Assembly (NCBI RefSeq): GCF_048593235.1
Contig: NC_133617.1
Coordinates: forward strand, 627,358,958 to 627,422,957
Reading direction: 5' to 3'
DNA: 64,000 bases
Origin: Sminthopsis crassicaudata
Taxonomy: Eukaryota
Below the pieces are notes generated by a model. That model had not been told where the DNA came from. It worked only from the letters and a program-made list of their open reading frames with translations, and ran no database searches. Positions within the stretch are counted from its first letter, which is position 1; each line of letters starts with the position of its first letter. Below are positions 1 to 12,600 of the stretch, piece after piece. A program made the position numbers and the translations under genes.

Positions 1-850
1 ATTCTTAGCCACCGCAAAAAGAGCTGCTCTCAATATTTTTGTACAAATTGGTCCTTTTCCATTCTTTGGATGTCTTTAGGATATAGCCTAGCACTGGTAT
101 TGGCTGGATTGCAGAGGTTTTTGTTGTTGTTGTTGTTTTGGGGTTTTTTGGCTGAGGCAGTTGAGGTTAAGTGACTTGCCTTAGTATCACACACTTAGGA
201 AGTGTTAAGTGTCTAAGGTCAGATATGAACTCAGGTCCTCCTGACTTCAGGGCTGGTGCTATATCCACTTCGACACCTGGCTGCCCTGGATTGAAGAGTT
301 TTATAGCCCTTTGGGTACAGCTCCAAATTTCTTTCCAAAATGATTAAATCAGCTCACAACTGCATCAATAGACATTAATGTCTCAGTTTTTCCACATTCC
401 TTCAACATCCAACATTTTCCTTTTTTGTCACATTAGCTACTCTGATAGGTATGAGGTAATACCTCAGAATTGTTTAAATTTGCATTTCTTTGATAAATGA
501 TGACTTAGAGCATTTTTTCATGGCACTATAGATAGCTTTGACTTTCTTGTCTAAAAACTGCCTCTTCATATCCTTTGACCATTTATCAATTGGGGAATGA
601 CTTATATAGAGAACTGAGTCAAATTTATAAGTATATTTGAGAAATGAAGATTTATCAGAGATACCAGTTGCAAATTTTTCCTTCACTTTTCTGCTTTCCT
701 TATAATTTTGGTTAAACTGATTTTGTTTGTGCAAAAACTTTTTAATTCTATATAATTAAAATTTCTATTTTATATTTTGTAATACTCTCTATATCTTCTT
801 TAGTCCTAAATTCTTTCCTTATCCATAAATCTAATAGACTATTCCATGCT
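1..850 (-). mobile_element. Decayed L1 fragment (ORF2 3' part), interrupted by a SINE
   Basis: Typical antisense L1 text (gtatgaggtaatacctcagaattgtttaaatttgcatttc); ORF 474-734 is L1 ORF2-like. Boundaries approximate. Confidence 0.75.
121..286 (-). mobile_element. WSINE1-type tRNA-derived CORE-SINE
   Basis: Reverse complement reads GGGCAGCCAGGTG...AGCACCAGCCCTGAAGTCAGGAGGACCTGAGTTC...GACACTTAACACTTCC...GCAAGTCACTTAACC, then an A-rich tail. Confidence 0.8.
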
Positions 851-2845
851 CTCTTACTTTGCTTAATTCATCATTTTAAAATGAAGGCATTGGACCAGAA
901 TGGCATTAATGTCCCTTCCCATTGTTAGGCATCTGTGAGTCTATGACTATGCTGCACAGAATAGTGGCAGAATAAATGTATTTAGAGCAGACCATATTGC
1001 CTACCCCATTCTTTTATCCTGGATCCCCTTTCCCTAATGTGTGATTTATTATTAATTTTTATGTATTATTACAATCTTTCCCTCCCCCTAATTTCCATAA
1101 TTACTTTTTTCCTCAGGTAGAAACATCTCACCTCATATTACTATTTCTGAAGGATTTTCCTAAAACAATAACTTGTTTGGGTTAACTGGCTCCTAACCCT
1201 CTCCAGTGACTTCTGCATAGTACTTCTATCTCTGGGAGACATACTGATGTGGTAGAACCTAAAGTAATGTACATAAAGTAGGAGAAGCTTGAATTGGAAA
1301 TTACTTCACCCTTAAAGATTGAGTCAGCAGGGAGATGAGGTCTCCAAAGCCATCAATTTTAATCTAATCAGAAGCATTTATTAAATACTTGCTGTATGCC
1401 CCGCTGGGCACTAAGTATCTGGAATATAAAGACCAAGATGAAATATGACTTGCCTTCAAGAAATGGGAGGCTGAGTGTTTGATACTAATGCAGTGGGATG
1501 ATTATGGAAGCTGGGGAGAGGAGGAGGCAGCATTTAGACTGTGTTGTTGGGGAGGGGAGTTTAGGGTGGAGGAAGCAAGGTTGAGCTCCTTGCCAACAAC
1601 AGTTGTGGGTTCACAGGAGCCCTCAGTGGAGATAGCAGAGACCTTTAAAGCCGTATCTATTGCAGCCTCTGGTTATATTCCAATGGGAACACAACATATA
1701 TGTACCTATAGGGATAAACAAATCAAATACAAATTAACTGTGTGGAGGTAGGGAAGCTTTAGTAGCTCAGGGGCCTCATACAGAAACTGCCTGAGTTTAC
1801 AAGGAAATAAGTTTCAAGAGGAAGAGCATTTGAGGGGGAAGTGAAACAATCAGTACAGGCGTATGTGATGACAGAGCATCATGGGCAGTGCAACAGTAAA
1901 TTCCCCTCTAAGATATTCAGCTAGAAGTTTTTCCAATAATGAGGCAATTCCTTATTTTGTTTTTTTCCCCTTTATTTTTTCTCAACTTTATTAGAATTTT
2001 TTTTAATTATAGGATTTCCAAAATACTTAATATATTTTTAGAAAACTGAAGCTTAAGACTGAATTAAGACTTTTTGGAAATCTTAATATCAAAACCTACC
2101 TCCTATAACTTTCACACTTTTATTCCCAGTTCTTCCCTTTGTGGCTAAATAAACTAAAGCCAATTCCTTTTCTACATGTCAGTTCTTAAAGTGCTCAAAA
2201 GCAGCAATCATGTCTCCTCTGAGTATTTTTTTTTGGTCTAATTTTATTTTTTATACTGATTGAACAGAAAATTAGTTTTCATGTATGTTTCAAGGACATT
2301 CTCATCTTCTCTCTCTGGCCTTCTTTCTAATTCCAGTCCAGTCTCCCTTCCGATTTCCCCTGCCATCATCTGTACTGGAAAAAAAATTGGAGTAAAAATC
2401 CTTTATAATGCATATGTATAGCTAAAAGCAATTTCCATCCTGACCATGTCCAAATATGTATGTTTCAATCTTCACCAGATGATATATCCAGCCCCAATCT
2501 CTCATATTGAGCTACAGTTGCTATTTCTAACTGTTTCTCAGACATTCTTCTCCAGGGTCCACTCCTCCGTCATGTCCACAGCAGCCTTCCCACCCTAGAA
2601 GTTCATGCTGTATCATGGCTCCTCTGATGGGCTGGTTCCTCCAGGTACCTCCGATTTAAGAAAGGCACCCAGACTAGCCATTGGGCTCCATTCCTAGCTA
2701 TCCAGACTTTCTGCTATCTTTACTTTCCCTTTCCCCATTCCCCTTCTTTTTTAGTTTCTTTATATGTGTTGTCTTCTCTTGATATAGAAGTTCCCTGAGG
2801 GCAGGGAATATATTTCCTTTTGCTTATAGTTGTATGTGGGTAGTT

Positions 2846-3148
2846 AGGTGGTCAGAGGAGACTAGCACATGTCTGTGTGAGAGCTGCTAAGCCCTTTCAA
2901 GGCTGCTTTCCATCCATTTCCCACCTGTGGCCACAAGAGGCTGCGGTTTGTACAGCAGTCGGTGTCAGCAGATGGGCTAAATCAGGCTGTGGGTACCTGA
3001 GGGGCCTTAAATCCCTTAGCGGTTTAGGGGTGTCTAACCCAGACATGGGAAGACTTCCATAGTGGAATGGTCAAATAAGAACAGTTTTTCCCAAGGGCCA
3101 TGAAGGCCCTTAAATCCAATTATGTTCAAGTCAAAAATGTCACCATTT
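2846..3148 (+). mobile_element. Marsupial RTE/Mar1-related LINE or SINE fragment
   Basis: GGTGTCTAACCCAGACATGGGAAGACTTCC...GGCCATGAAGGC and CTTAAATCCAATT resemble the marsupial RTE/MAR1 consensus as recalled. Confidence 0.5.
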
Positions 3149-6100
3149 TACCCTTTTTACCTGCCTCAAAATTCTTTGGTAATGAATCAGCAGGTGGGGA
3201 TGCACTGGAAGTAGTCACGACCTATTCACAAGAGGCCCAGGGCCTAGGGTTCTCTTCTCACTGTGTTAAAGGAGCAGGGGAATTTGGAACCCCTGGTGTC
3301 TGAGCAGCCACTCTGCTGTGCTTCTGGTGAGGAAGGGGCTAGAAAAGGTGCCCTTAAAAATGGCCTGGTCCACCTAACCTAACCCCTAGTCTGCCTAATG
3401 TGGGTCGTGACTATTGTGGAAAATAATGACTTAGACCCTCTTTTACTTAAACCCCTAGCTTATTTTCAATGAGTGTTATTCAGTTTGGTGTGATTCCATA
3501 GTAATTATTTAGTGATATGCCTTTCCACTAATATATATTCAGTCATTATAATCAACTAGTGTTAAAAGATATTTACATTATTTTATTTGGAGATGATTAG
3601 ATAAGGTAGGATAGATTCTTTCTTGTAATGGGCTTTAAGATTCTAAGTTCAATGTTTGTTACAAAGTTCACTTCCTTGATTCTAATAGGACCTCCACCTT
3701 TCTGCTGAGCAGGTAATCTACTCTGGCATGGTGGAGATGAGTCAATGATATGAAAAATTCCCCATTATTTCTGATGGTCCCTCAATCATTTTGCTGGAGA
3801 AACAGGCCTGTGGGTATTCTGGCCAACAGCTAACATTGTCTTCAAGTTACCAGAGTTGCCTACAGCTAGCTCTCTGTTGGCTAGCAGGGGGCCAGTGAAT
3901 GAGCATCAGCTTGACCAACTTTGGAATCTTCTAGTCACCGATTGTACCCATGAACTGAAGGTTCTTCTGAATGGGCAAGCTATAGATCTACTAACCAATG
4001 AGACTCTGAATTTTACTTTGCCTCAGCTGTATCTTTTGTGTATCAAGCACTGTAAAATTAAGCCCCTTCAAGAAAGGAGCATCTCAAATGGCTCTGCCTA
4101 AGTATCTTTTATTGTAGATTGAGTGTTTTTGACCCTCACACTATCCGACACTGTGATCAAAACAAAAAATGGTGCCATTTTGGTCCTCTTCAAGCATGAA
4201 AAATAATAAGCAGCCCCTTGTATCTCTAGCACAATGCCTGGCACATAATAAGTACTTAATGAATGCTTATTGACTTGACTTGGCTATATAACATGTCTGA
4301 CTCATGTTGAGTTTGTAAAATACTTTAAAAACCTCATTCCTTTCCACTAGAGTTTTTGTCTACTCATATATCCCAGTTTTGTACATGTAAAATTTTTTGT
4401 TTATTTGTTAACCAAAGTGTTGCACTTTAAATTTAATAGAGTAGGAAAAAAAATTAATAAATTTGGTCCACTCTTCTAACTGTTCTAATATTCACAGATT
4501 TGTGCTCATTCATGTTATATACATTCATTCTTCCTCATGGGATAAGCATGTTTCCCAAACATTAAGAACAACAGTACCCTAGAGAGAGCATTTTGCTAGA
4601 GTTCATTCCAGGTTGTATTACTATATCTTATTTTGTAATTCCTATCTTTTTTTACCTATGTCTAAATCTCCCTATCTCCCACATCTGTCTGTCTGGTCCT
4701 CAACGCCATTGTGCTGGATTATATTTTCCAAACTATTAACTGTCAAAAAAGAAAAGAAACAGCCCAGAACTATTTGTCTTTAGAGAACTCATACTGGCAC
4801 ATAGAAATTAGTGACTTTCTTTCTAAGGATCCACAAACCACCCCTTTAAAAATTTTGTCAACAATAAACTTGCTAGAACCAGGAGAATGTCATACACGGT
4901 AACAGCAATATTGTGCAATGATCAGCTTTTATAGACTAAGCTCTTTCTTGTAGTACAGTGATCTAAGCCAATTCCAAAAGAGTCATGATGGAAAATGCTA
5001 TCCACATTCAAAGAAAAAAACTTATGGAGTCTGAGTGCAGATTAAAGGACACTATTGTCATTTTTAAATTTTTTCTTTCTCGGCTTTTTTCTAATTCTTT
5101 CACAACATGACTAATGTGGAAATATGTTTGATATGAGGATACAGGTGTAATTTATATTAGACTGCTTGCCATCTTGAGGAGGTTGAGTGGGATAGATGGA
5201 GGTAGAACAACAATGGAACTCAAAATCTTATAAAAGTAAATGTTGAAAACTTTTACATGTAAGTAGAAAAAATAAAACACTGTTAAGTGGAAAAACAAAA
5301 CAAAACAAAAATAAACTACCTAGCTTACAATTTGAGAATTTGCCTTCCATTATTTTTTCACAGTAGAACATTTGAATGTCTTCAATAACATTTCCTCCTA
5401 TTCCTCGTGACTCTGCTTCGCTACTATTGGTAGTTTGTAATTCAACTATACAAGTCCTTTTAGGATTTTGGGACAGAGTTTACCCTGGCACAGTGGCTTG
5501 ACCATAATTGAGAATAGCTATAACCTATTTATCATTTCATCTGTTTACTTTTCTTTCAATGCCCTGTTAACCATTTTTGTTCAACCTTTCCCAGTCTAAA
5601 GGTCATTCTTCTTGGTAGAGAAAAAAGACAGAAGCAAAATAAATTGAGTAGTTCTTCCTTTTTTCAGTTTTTAGCACTGTCCCATCACCTTGAAGGGTGG
5701 TCCCTTGCTATTTCTTCCTGTTATTTCCATCTTATTTTAAAAAACTATTTTGTGGTCATTATTGTCCTAGATCTTTTGCAGCTTTAGTCTTGGCATTCTT
5801 ACAGATCAGGATGCATTTTTGAATTTTGTCTCGGTTATTTTGCTCATTTGCTTTTCCAAATTCGGTGTTTGTCAGTGATGTGTATGTAACCATTTGGTCT
5901 CGTGAACACATTTTTCTTATTCATGGGAATCATTTATTTTCACCAGCAGAATTTATTCTTGAGGAGTTCCTGCCTCCTCCTTTCCTCTTCCCTCAATCTT
6001 TTGTTCAACAACTCTTCCTTAAGAATTTCATATCTGGGATTCTACCTATCCTTTTTCTGAAATGCTTTGAAATATGGTCTTGTAAAATTAAAGGGTAAGA

Positions 6101-6686
6101 TAAAGATGTGTCAGTATTCCTGTGTTATCCTAGTGATAGATAGTTCTAAATGCTAAAATGGCACCATCCCTTCTTCCCTAGATCCAAATAATTTCACCAT
6201 CTAGCTTTTAATCTAGACCAAGAGTCTTAATTAACTCCTTTCTACAGAGGAAGAAGCTGAGATTTGGAGGGATTAAGCAACATTTACCCAAGGTTAACAC
6301 AAAGCTAGTAATTGTCTCAGTCAGAACTGAGACACTTATCTTAAGCTTCCAGGTCCAGTGCTCTGTCTCCTACTTCACACGATTGTGTGATATCTGGGCA
6401 TTTACTACTTATGCCTACAAAAGAACTTGGCACTCTCTGATTCACAAAATACAGCCCTTCAAAATTCTCTACTGATACTTTCAGGAAAATCAAATCTAGA
6501 GGAAATGGACAGAAGAGTTGCTGCTCAGGGTATTTTTCATTGTTCTCTTTACATGACAAAACTTGATAACCCACTTCCAAAACTGGGAGCACACTTTGAA
6601 TTTCAGGCCCTCCCATCCAGATCTTTGAGAGTCCTAATTCAGAGGGCCTCAGGGATTGATCATGGATTTCTCTTCTATTCTCCTAG

Positions 6687-9600
6687 GATATAACTCCACT
6701 TCAAGTGGTTCTACCCAATACAGCACTGCATCTTAAGGCTTTACTTGACTTTGAAGATGAGAATGGGGACAGAAGAATAGCAGGAGATGAGTGGCTCTTT
6801 GAAGGGCCTGGTAAGTCATTTGTCTCCCTAATGTTCATTGGCTATATAGGATCTGACCTCATTCGGCAGGTTTCATCCTGGGTGGAATAGAAAGGATCCC
6901 CATTCATTTGCCTCTCTTGCTTTCCCCTGTTTTCTCCTTTATTTTGTCAATTGTGAAAAGAAGCCCCAAAATCTAAAATAGTTTTAGAAAGAAATTTTTA
7001 TTAGGTCATTTGGTAAAAGAAAAAGAGCTGGAAGATGTGTGATTCCCTGTCCTCCAGGCTCTAGAAGGTTTGCTTTTCATGGGATCCAGGCTCTGAGAGG
7101 AACCCATACTTCCCTGTAGCCATCTCTGGCATTCCTGGAAAGTTACTGAGGGTAGGGCGACGTTCTCTCTAGTCTGATAAAGTTTAAACAATGTGATAAT
7201 CAGTTTTCTGAACATTATAATAAAGCATGTTCTACACTTTTCATTTCATCTTCTCAGGCACATACATCCCCCAGAAGGAGGTAGAAGTGGTGGAGACAAT
7301 CCAGGCCACAGTGATTCGACATAACCAAGCTCTTCGCCTGCGGGCCCGGAAAGAATGTCTGGATCGGGATGGCAAAATGAGAGTGACAGGTAAGGGGATA
7401 GGGGAGCCCGGTCTAGGGCAGGGAGACAGGAATGATCTGAAGGGCAGGAACAAGAAGGATGGAGATATTTACAAAGGGAAAGGTTGAGGGGAAGAAAGGA
7501 GGTTGGAAGAAACCATGGACGTGGAGAGAGCCTCAGAAACTTGGCAGAGACCTTAGATGGGAAAACAAGTCAGTTTAAGAAAAAGACAAAGTATCTGAAG
7601 GAGATATATAAATACTGACACCTGAATTCTCCATTTCAAAGAGATTTATTTTTCCAAAGATCAACCTTTTAAAAAGCACAACATTGCTGAGGTCAGAAAG
7701 CAAGAGAAATGAATGGTAACAAGCAGAATTTGTCAGCTAGAAGTTTGATATCTGTCTTTTATAGGGAAGGGTATTCATCACCAGAATCTGGTAAGATGGT
7801 CTTTTCAGGGCTTTGCCAGATTTTTTAGCCTTTCACATAACTCTTTCCTTCCTTGGTTAGGAGAAGAATGGCTGGTACGCTCCATGGGGGCCTACCTCCC
7901 AGGGGTGTTTGAGGAAGTTCTGGATGTGGTCAATGCTGTGGTCCTCACAGACAAGGTACATGAGCTCCAAGGAATTGGGAGGGATCCCACAAAGACTGAA
8001 GGAAACTGAGTGGGGAGACTCTCACAGGATGGGGTGGATAAGGAACATAATAAGTAGTGATCTTTCTAAGCTCACTTTTCTAGAATTTAGCCCAATGGCT
8101 GTGAACACTAGGGTCTCTAATTTAAATATATATATATAAAATTTGGCATATTTTAGTAACCGTGGTTTCTTTTGTGATCCTATATATTTTATTTTATGTA
8201 TTTAAAAACTCAGTTCTGAGAAGGGGTTCATGGGTTTTACCAGCCTCCTAAAAAGTCCAGGGCACAAGAATAAATTAACCTCATTCTAACCTGACTAGCA
8301 GGTTTTGGGAAGTCACCCTGAAATTAGGATAAATGGAAGACCTTTTTCTATCAATACAGCTTTCCTAAGTCCCTTAGATGTGGAAGGGATGAGGGGTAAA
8401 GGATCATGGGGAACAGATGAGGAGCTGATGGTCAGGACTGCTGTGAGAATTAACTGAGACTGTCGCAGAGTACAGCAAATCTTAACCACATAAAGGGCAG
8501 CTCCGTGTGGTGGCCCGAGTGGGGGATCACATTCTCTTGATTAGGTTGGAGGCCAGACGCCCTTCTAGCTTCTATCTCCCTTCTGCATAGATAGCCCTGC
8601 ACCTGCGGGCCCTGCAGAACTTCCGGGATGTGAGAGGCCTGCTGCGCCACACGGGTGAGGAGTGGCTGGTCACCCAAGCGGACACCGAAGCCCACGTGCC
8701 AGATGTGTATGAGGAAGTGCTGGGGATTGTGAACATCACTACCTTGGGTCCACGGAACTACTGTGTGATCCTGGACCCGGTGGGGCCGGATGGCAAGAAC
8801 CAGCTGGGACACAAGCGCGTGGTGAAGGTGATGAGGCTGGCAGGGGTGGGCGTGAGGGGGAAATACTTCAGGAAGAGTTGGTGCATTACTCTGCCTTCTC
8901 CTGACAGGGGGAGAAATCTTTCTTCCTTCATCCTGGGGAGAGCTTGGAGGAAGGCATCCAGGAGGTGTTTGTGCTCTCCGAAGACGAAGGGCTGCTTTTG
9001 AGGGCCCTCCAGCCCCTGGAGGAAGGGGATGATGGGGAGAATGGTAAGAAAAGGCGGGCCGGAGACCGCTGGCTGATAAGGGGACCCCTGGAATATGTCC
9101 CCCCAGCCAAAGTAGAAGTGCTAGAGCAGCGACAGGCCATCCCTCTGGATGAGAATGAGGGCATCTATGTGCGTGATATCAAGACTGGCAAGGTAGGTCT
9201 CGCTTCCAAACCCAGAGCTGGAATTTCATAATAATCATCACTAGAACTGATGTAGCCCTTGAAGTTTCATGAAGCTCTTTCCATATGCTATTTCACTTGG
9301 TCCTGCTAATAATCCTGGAGGAACCTGCTATTAGCATCTTCATTTTGCAGATAAGGAAATTGAGGCAGAGGTTAAATGACTTGGGTCACAGAACTAATAA
9401 ATGTCTGAGGCTGGATTTGAACAAAAATCCCCCTAATTCCAAGTCCAGCATGCTCCCCATCAAGCTGCTTTGATTGATCTGAAACTGCCTCAGGTGCCTG
9501 TCATAACTCTAGAACCCCATACCTACCTCCAAGCTCCTAAAGTGAGTTGGCTCTTAAAGAAATTCCAAGAGAATTTATTTCCCTTTTCTGACACCTTCCC

Positions 9601-12600
9601 CCACTTCTCCATCAAACCCCTCACTTTTTTAAATGAAGAAACAGAAGCCCAGAATGGAAAGGTAGCCTCCCCTCAATCAGTCAATCAATAACTCAGACAA
9701 TTAGTGACAAAACTTCAGTCCAATCTTGTAAACATTTATTAAGCACCTACTGAGTACCAGACACTCTGCTAAGCCCTGGGGATACAAAGAGAGTCCTGGC
9801 CCTCAGAAACCTCACAATCAAATGGAAATGACAGCATTCAAACTATATATAAGCAAGCTGTGCATGTGTTAAATAGGAAATAATCAATAAAGGGAAGTTT
9901 TCTGGGAGTAAGAAGGATTGGGAATTAGGCAACATAGGGCTTCTGGGAGATGGGATTTTAGCTGAAACTTGAAGGAAACCAGGAGGCAGAAATGAGGCAG
10001 AAGAACATTCCAGCTAGGAGGGGGACAGTCAGAGCCTGGTGCTCAGAGTAGAGTAAATCAAAAGGCCCAAGTAGTAGCCCCCTCACCAAATAATTCTGCC
10101 AGACCTTACCCTAATTTATTTTTCTGATTTTTAATATTAACCAGAATAAGGTATGTGAATATAAACAATCTGGTCCCAGGCTGATAGTCAAAACTTTGAT
10201 CTGGGTTTCCCATTTCTTTGTCTTATGACTCTCTCTATGCCTAAAACACCATGTCCATCTCCCTTGAGATGCCAGAGGGGAAAATGTTGTCTTCTATCTG
10301 CCTGTTTTTGTCCTGGTGTATTATAAACTTGCATATTCCCTTTTTCCTTGGAAATAAACTCTGAGAGACTTTCTCCTATGGTCAACTGCATAGGGCTGGT
10401 AGGAAAAAGTACCATCTACAAGTCTAAAAGAAAGCTAATCCCAGTGACTAAGAGGAAAAGAGTCATAAAGGAAATACTGGTGTAGCCTAAGGCCTAAAGG
10501 GAGGGTTTAGAGTCTTCTATTGGTAATCATTGATCAGGAAAGGTTTAGAAAGTAAGTTTTTGAAAAATCTGGATGCTGAAGGCAAAAGTCTTCTAGAGCT
10601 TGGCTTAAATAAAGAGCTGGAGTCCCATTGAAGCTGGATCAGATCAGCCAGGCTTAAGATGAAGTTTGTATTTTTCCCAGATATGCCCATGAACAACTAT
10701 AACAGAATCCATAATATAAATTGATGATATATAGTATGAAAAGCACAGCAACATAATAACATAATATAAATAATCCATAACACCATGGTAGTCCCTGCTT
10801 TGGGGAAACTGAGGCTGACAGATTGTTTGAGATGTGAAGTTTTGAACTCTACTAGAGCTAAAGATGATCAGGTGTTGATACTGAGTTCCGAACTGACGTG
10901 GTAAACCTCCAAGAATCGGGGCCGTGGATTGCTTGAAGATGGGCAAACTGCCCTTGTTGGAAAGGGGGAAAATATTGAAGTTTCCATTTAACTATGAGTT
11001 CAGGCCCTGAATACTTCAGTCTGGATGAGATGAGGAGAGTGTTTCAAAAAAAAAATGCGTAATACTTTTAGCACATTATTCTTTTGGAATTTCATTAAGA
11101 GCCAGCTCACTACCAGCTGTGTAAAATTAAAATGGCCAGTGTATAAGCTTTATGAGAATAGACACTAGCTTATTTAACTCACTGCCTCTTCAGGGCCTAG
11201 CTCAATGTTCTACACTGTAGATCCTTATTGAACTCAATCCATTAAATATTTATTAAGAGAAATAAATGCACAGTGCTATGTGAAGACTAGGGATGGACAG
11301 GGGGAAGATTATGAAGTAAGGAAATTAGAGAAGGCTTACTGGAAAGCAAAGCATTTGAACTGAGCTTTAAAAGATGACCAGGATCTCTGCTATCAAGGGG
11401 ACATTTCAGATCTCAGGACCCTAGGTTTTAGAACTGAAGGGGACCTCAGCATCTACTTTTTACCTTATCCTTCCTTAGTTTCGTTAATCTAGGAAGAAAT
11501 TAAGGCCCAAAGGAGGGAATCAATCTTTCCAATGACTGTTAATGAAATAGTAGCAGAACCCAGGCGTTTTAATGCAATTCAATACATGTTTATTACGTGC
11601 CTACTAGCCCTTACCTCTGTGCTGGAACTGAGGACTCCTGTTCTTGAGTCTAGGGAGCAGTGGGCTAAAGCGTTGGATTCTTTTATTGCCTCATCCCTGC
11701 CTTCTTTGGAGAATGTCTTCTTTACTCTGGTCTGTTCTCTAGGTCCGGGCTGTTGTTGGTAAAACCTATATGTTGACCCACGATGAAGAGTTGTGGGAAA
11801 AGGAGCTGCCTCCTGGGGTGGAAGAACTGCTGAGCATGGGGCAAGACCCACTGGCAGACAGGGGTGCATTGGGGGAGTCAAGGAAAAGTGGTTCCCTCCC
11901 TCCCAGGGATAAGACTCGAATTGTGAGCTACCGAGTTCCCCACAATGCAGCTGTACAGGTGTATGACTACAGGGAAAAGAAAGCCCGGTGAGGGGAAACG
12001 TGGGAAGAAAACTCTCCTGTCCGGGGGGATATCACGCCTGGGATCGGGGGCTGTGAATTCTCTGTTTGGCTGACCCTCCGGATCTTCCACAGGGTTGTGT
12101 TTGGGCCAGAGCTGGTGTGCCTTGGCCCTGAAGAACAGTTCACTGTGTTGTCCCTCTCAGCTGGCCGGCCCAAGCGGCCCCATGCCCGCCGGACACTCTG
12201 CCTGCTACTGGGGCCTGATTTCTTTACTGATGTCATCACCATTGAAACAGCAGACCATGCTCGCCTACAGCTCCAGCTAGCTTACAACTGGTACCTAGGG
12301 ATTCCCCCCAGGCCCTGCCAGGATCTTCTGCTGTGTCAGTGCGGGGAGAGGGGGAGATTAGTCCAACCCAAGTTGTCCAAAGGGAGGCCCTGGGGACCTT
12401 GTCAAGAGTCAGATGGGTCTGAACATAGGACATGGAGAGCCTGTGCTAAATTCTGAGGATGCAGAGACAGAAATTTGTCCTTCACAGTATTTGTGAAAAG
12501 CATTTAGTACAATGGGGGCAGCTGGGTGGTGCAGCCCAGACCCCAGAGCCCGGAATTCTCATCTTCCTGATCAGATCTGGCTTCCTAACTCACCAGACCC

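Noticed and set aside
3856-4101. 81 aa ORF as a gene
   Set aside because: Starts at TTG, no supporting splice or promoter signals, no recognisable family; intronic.
1-6686. MVP N-terminal coding exons
   Set aside because: No MATEE...-like or VLFAP...-like peptide found; they must lie upstream of the window.
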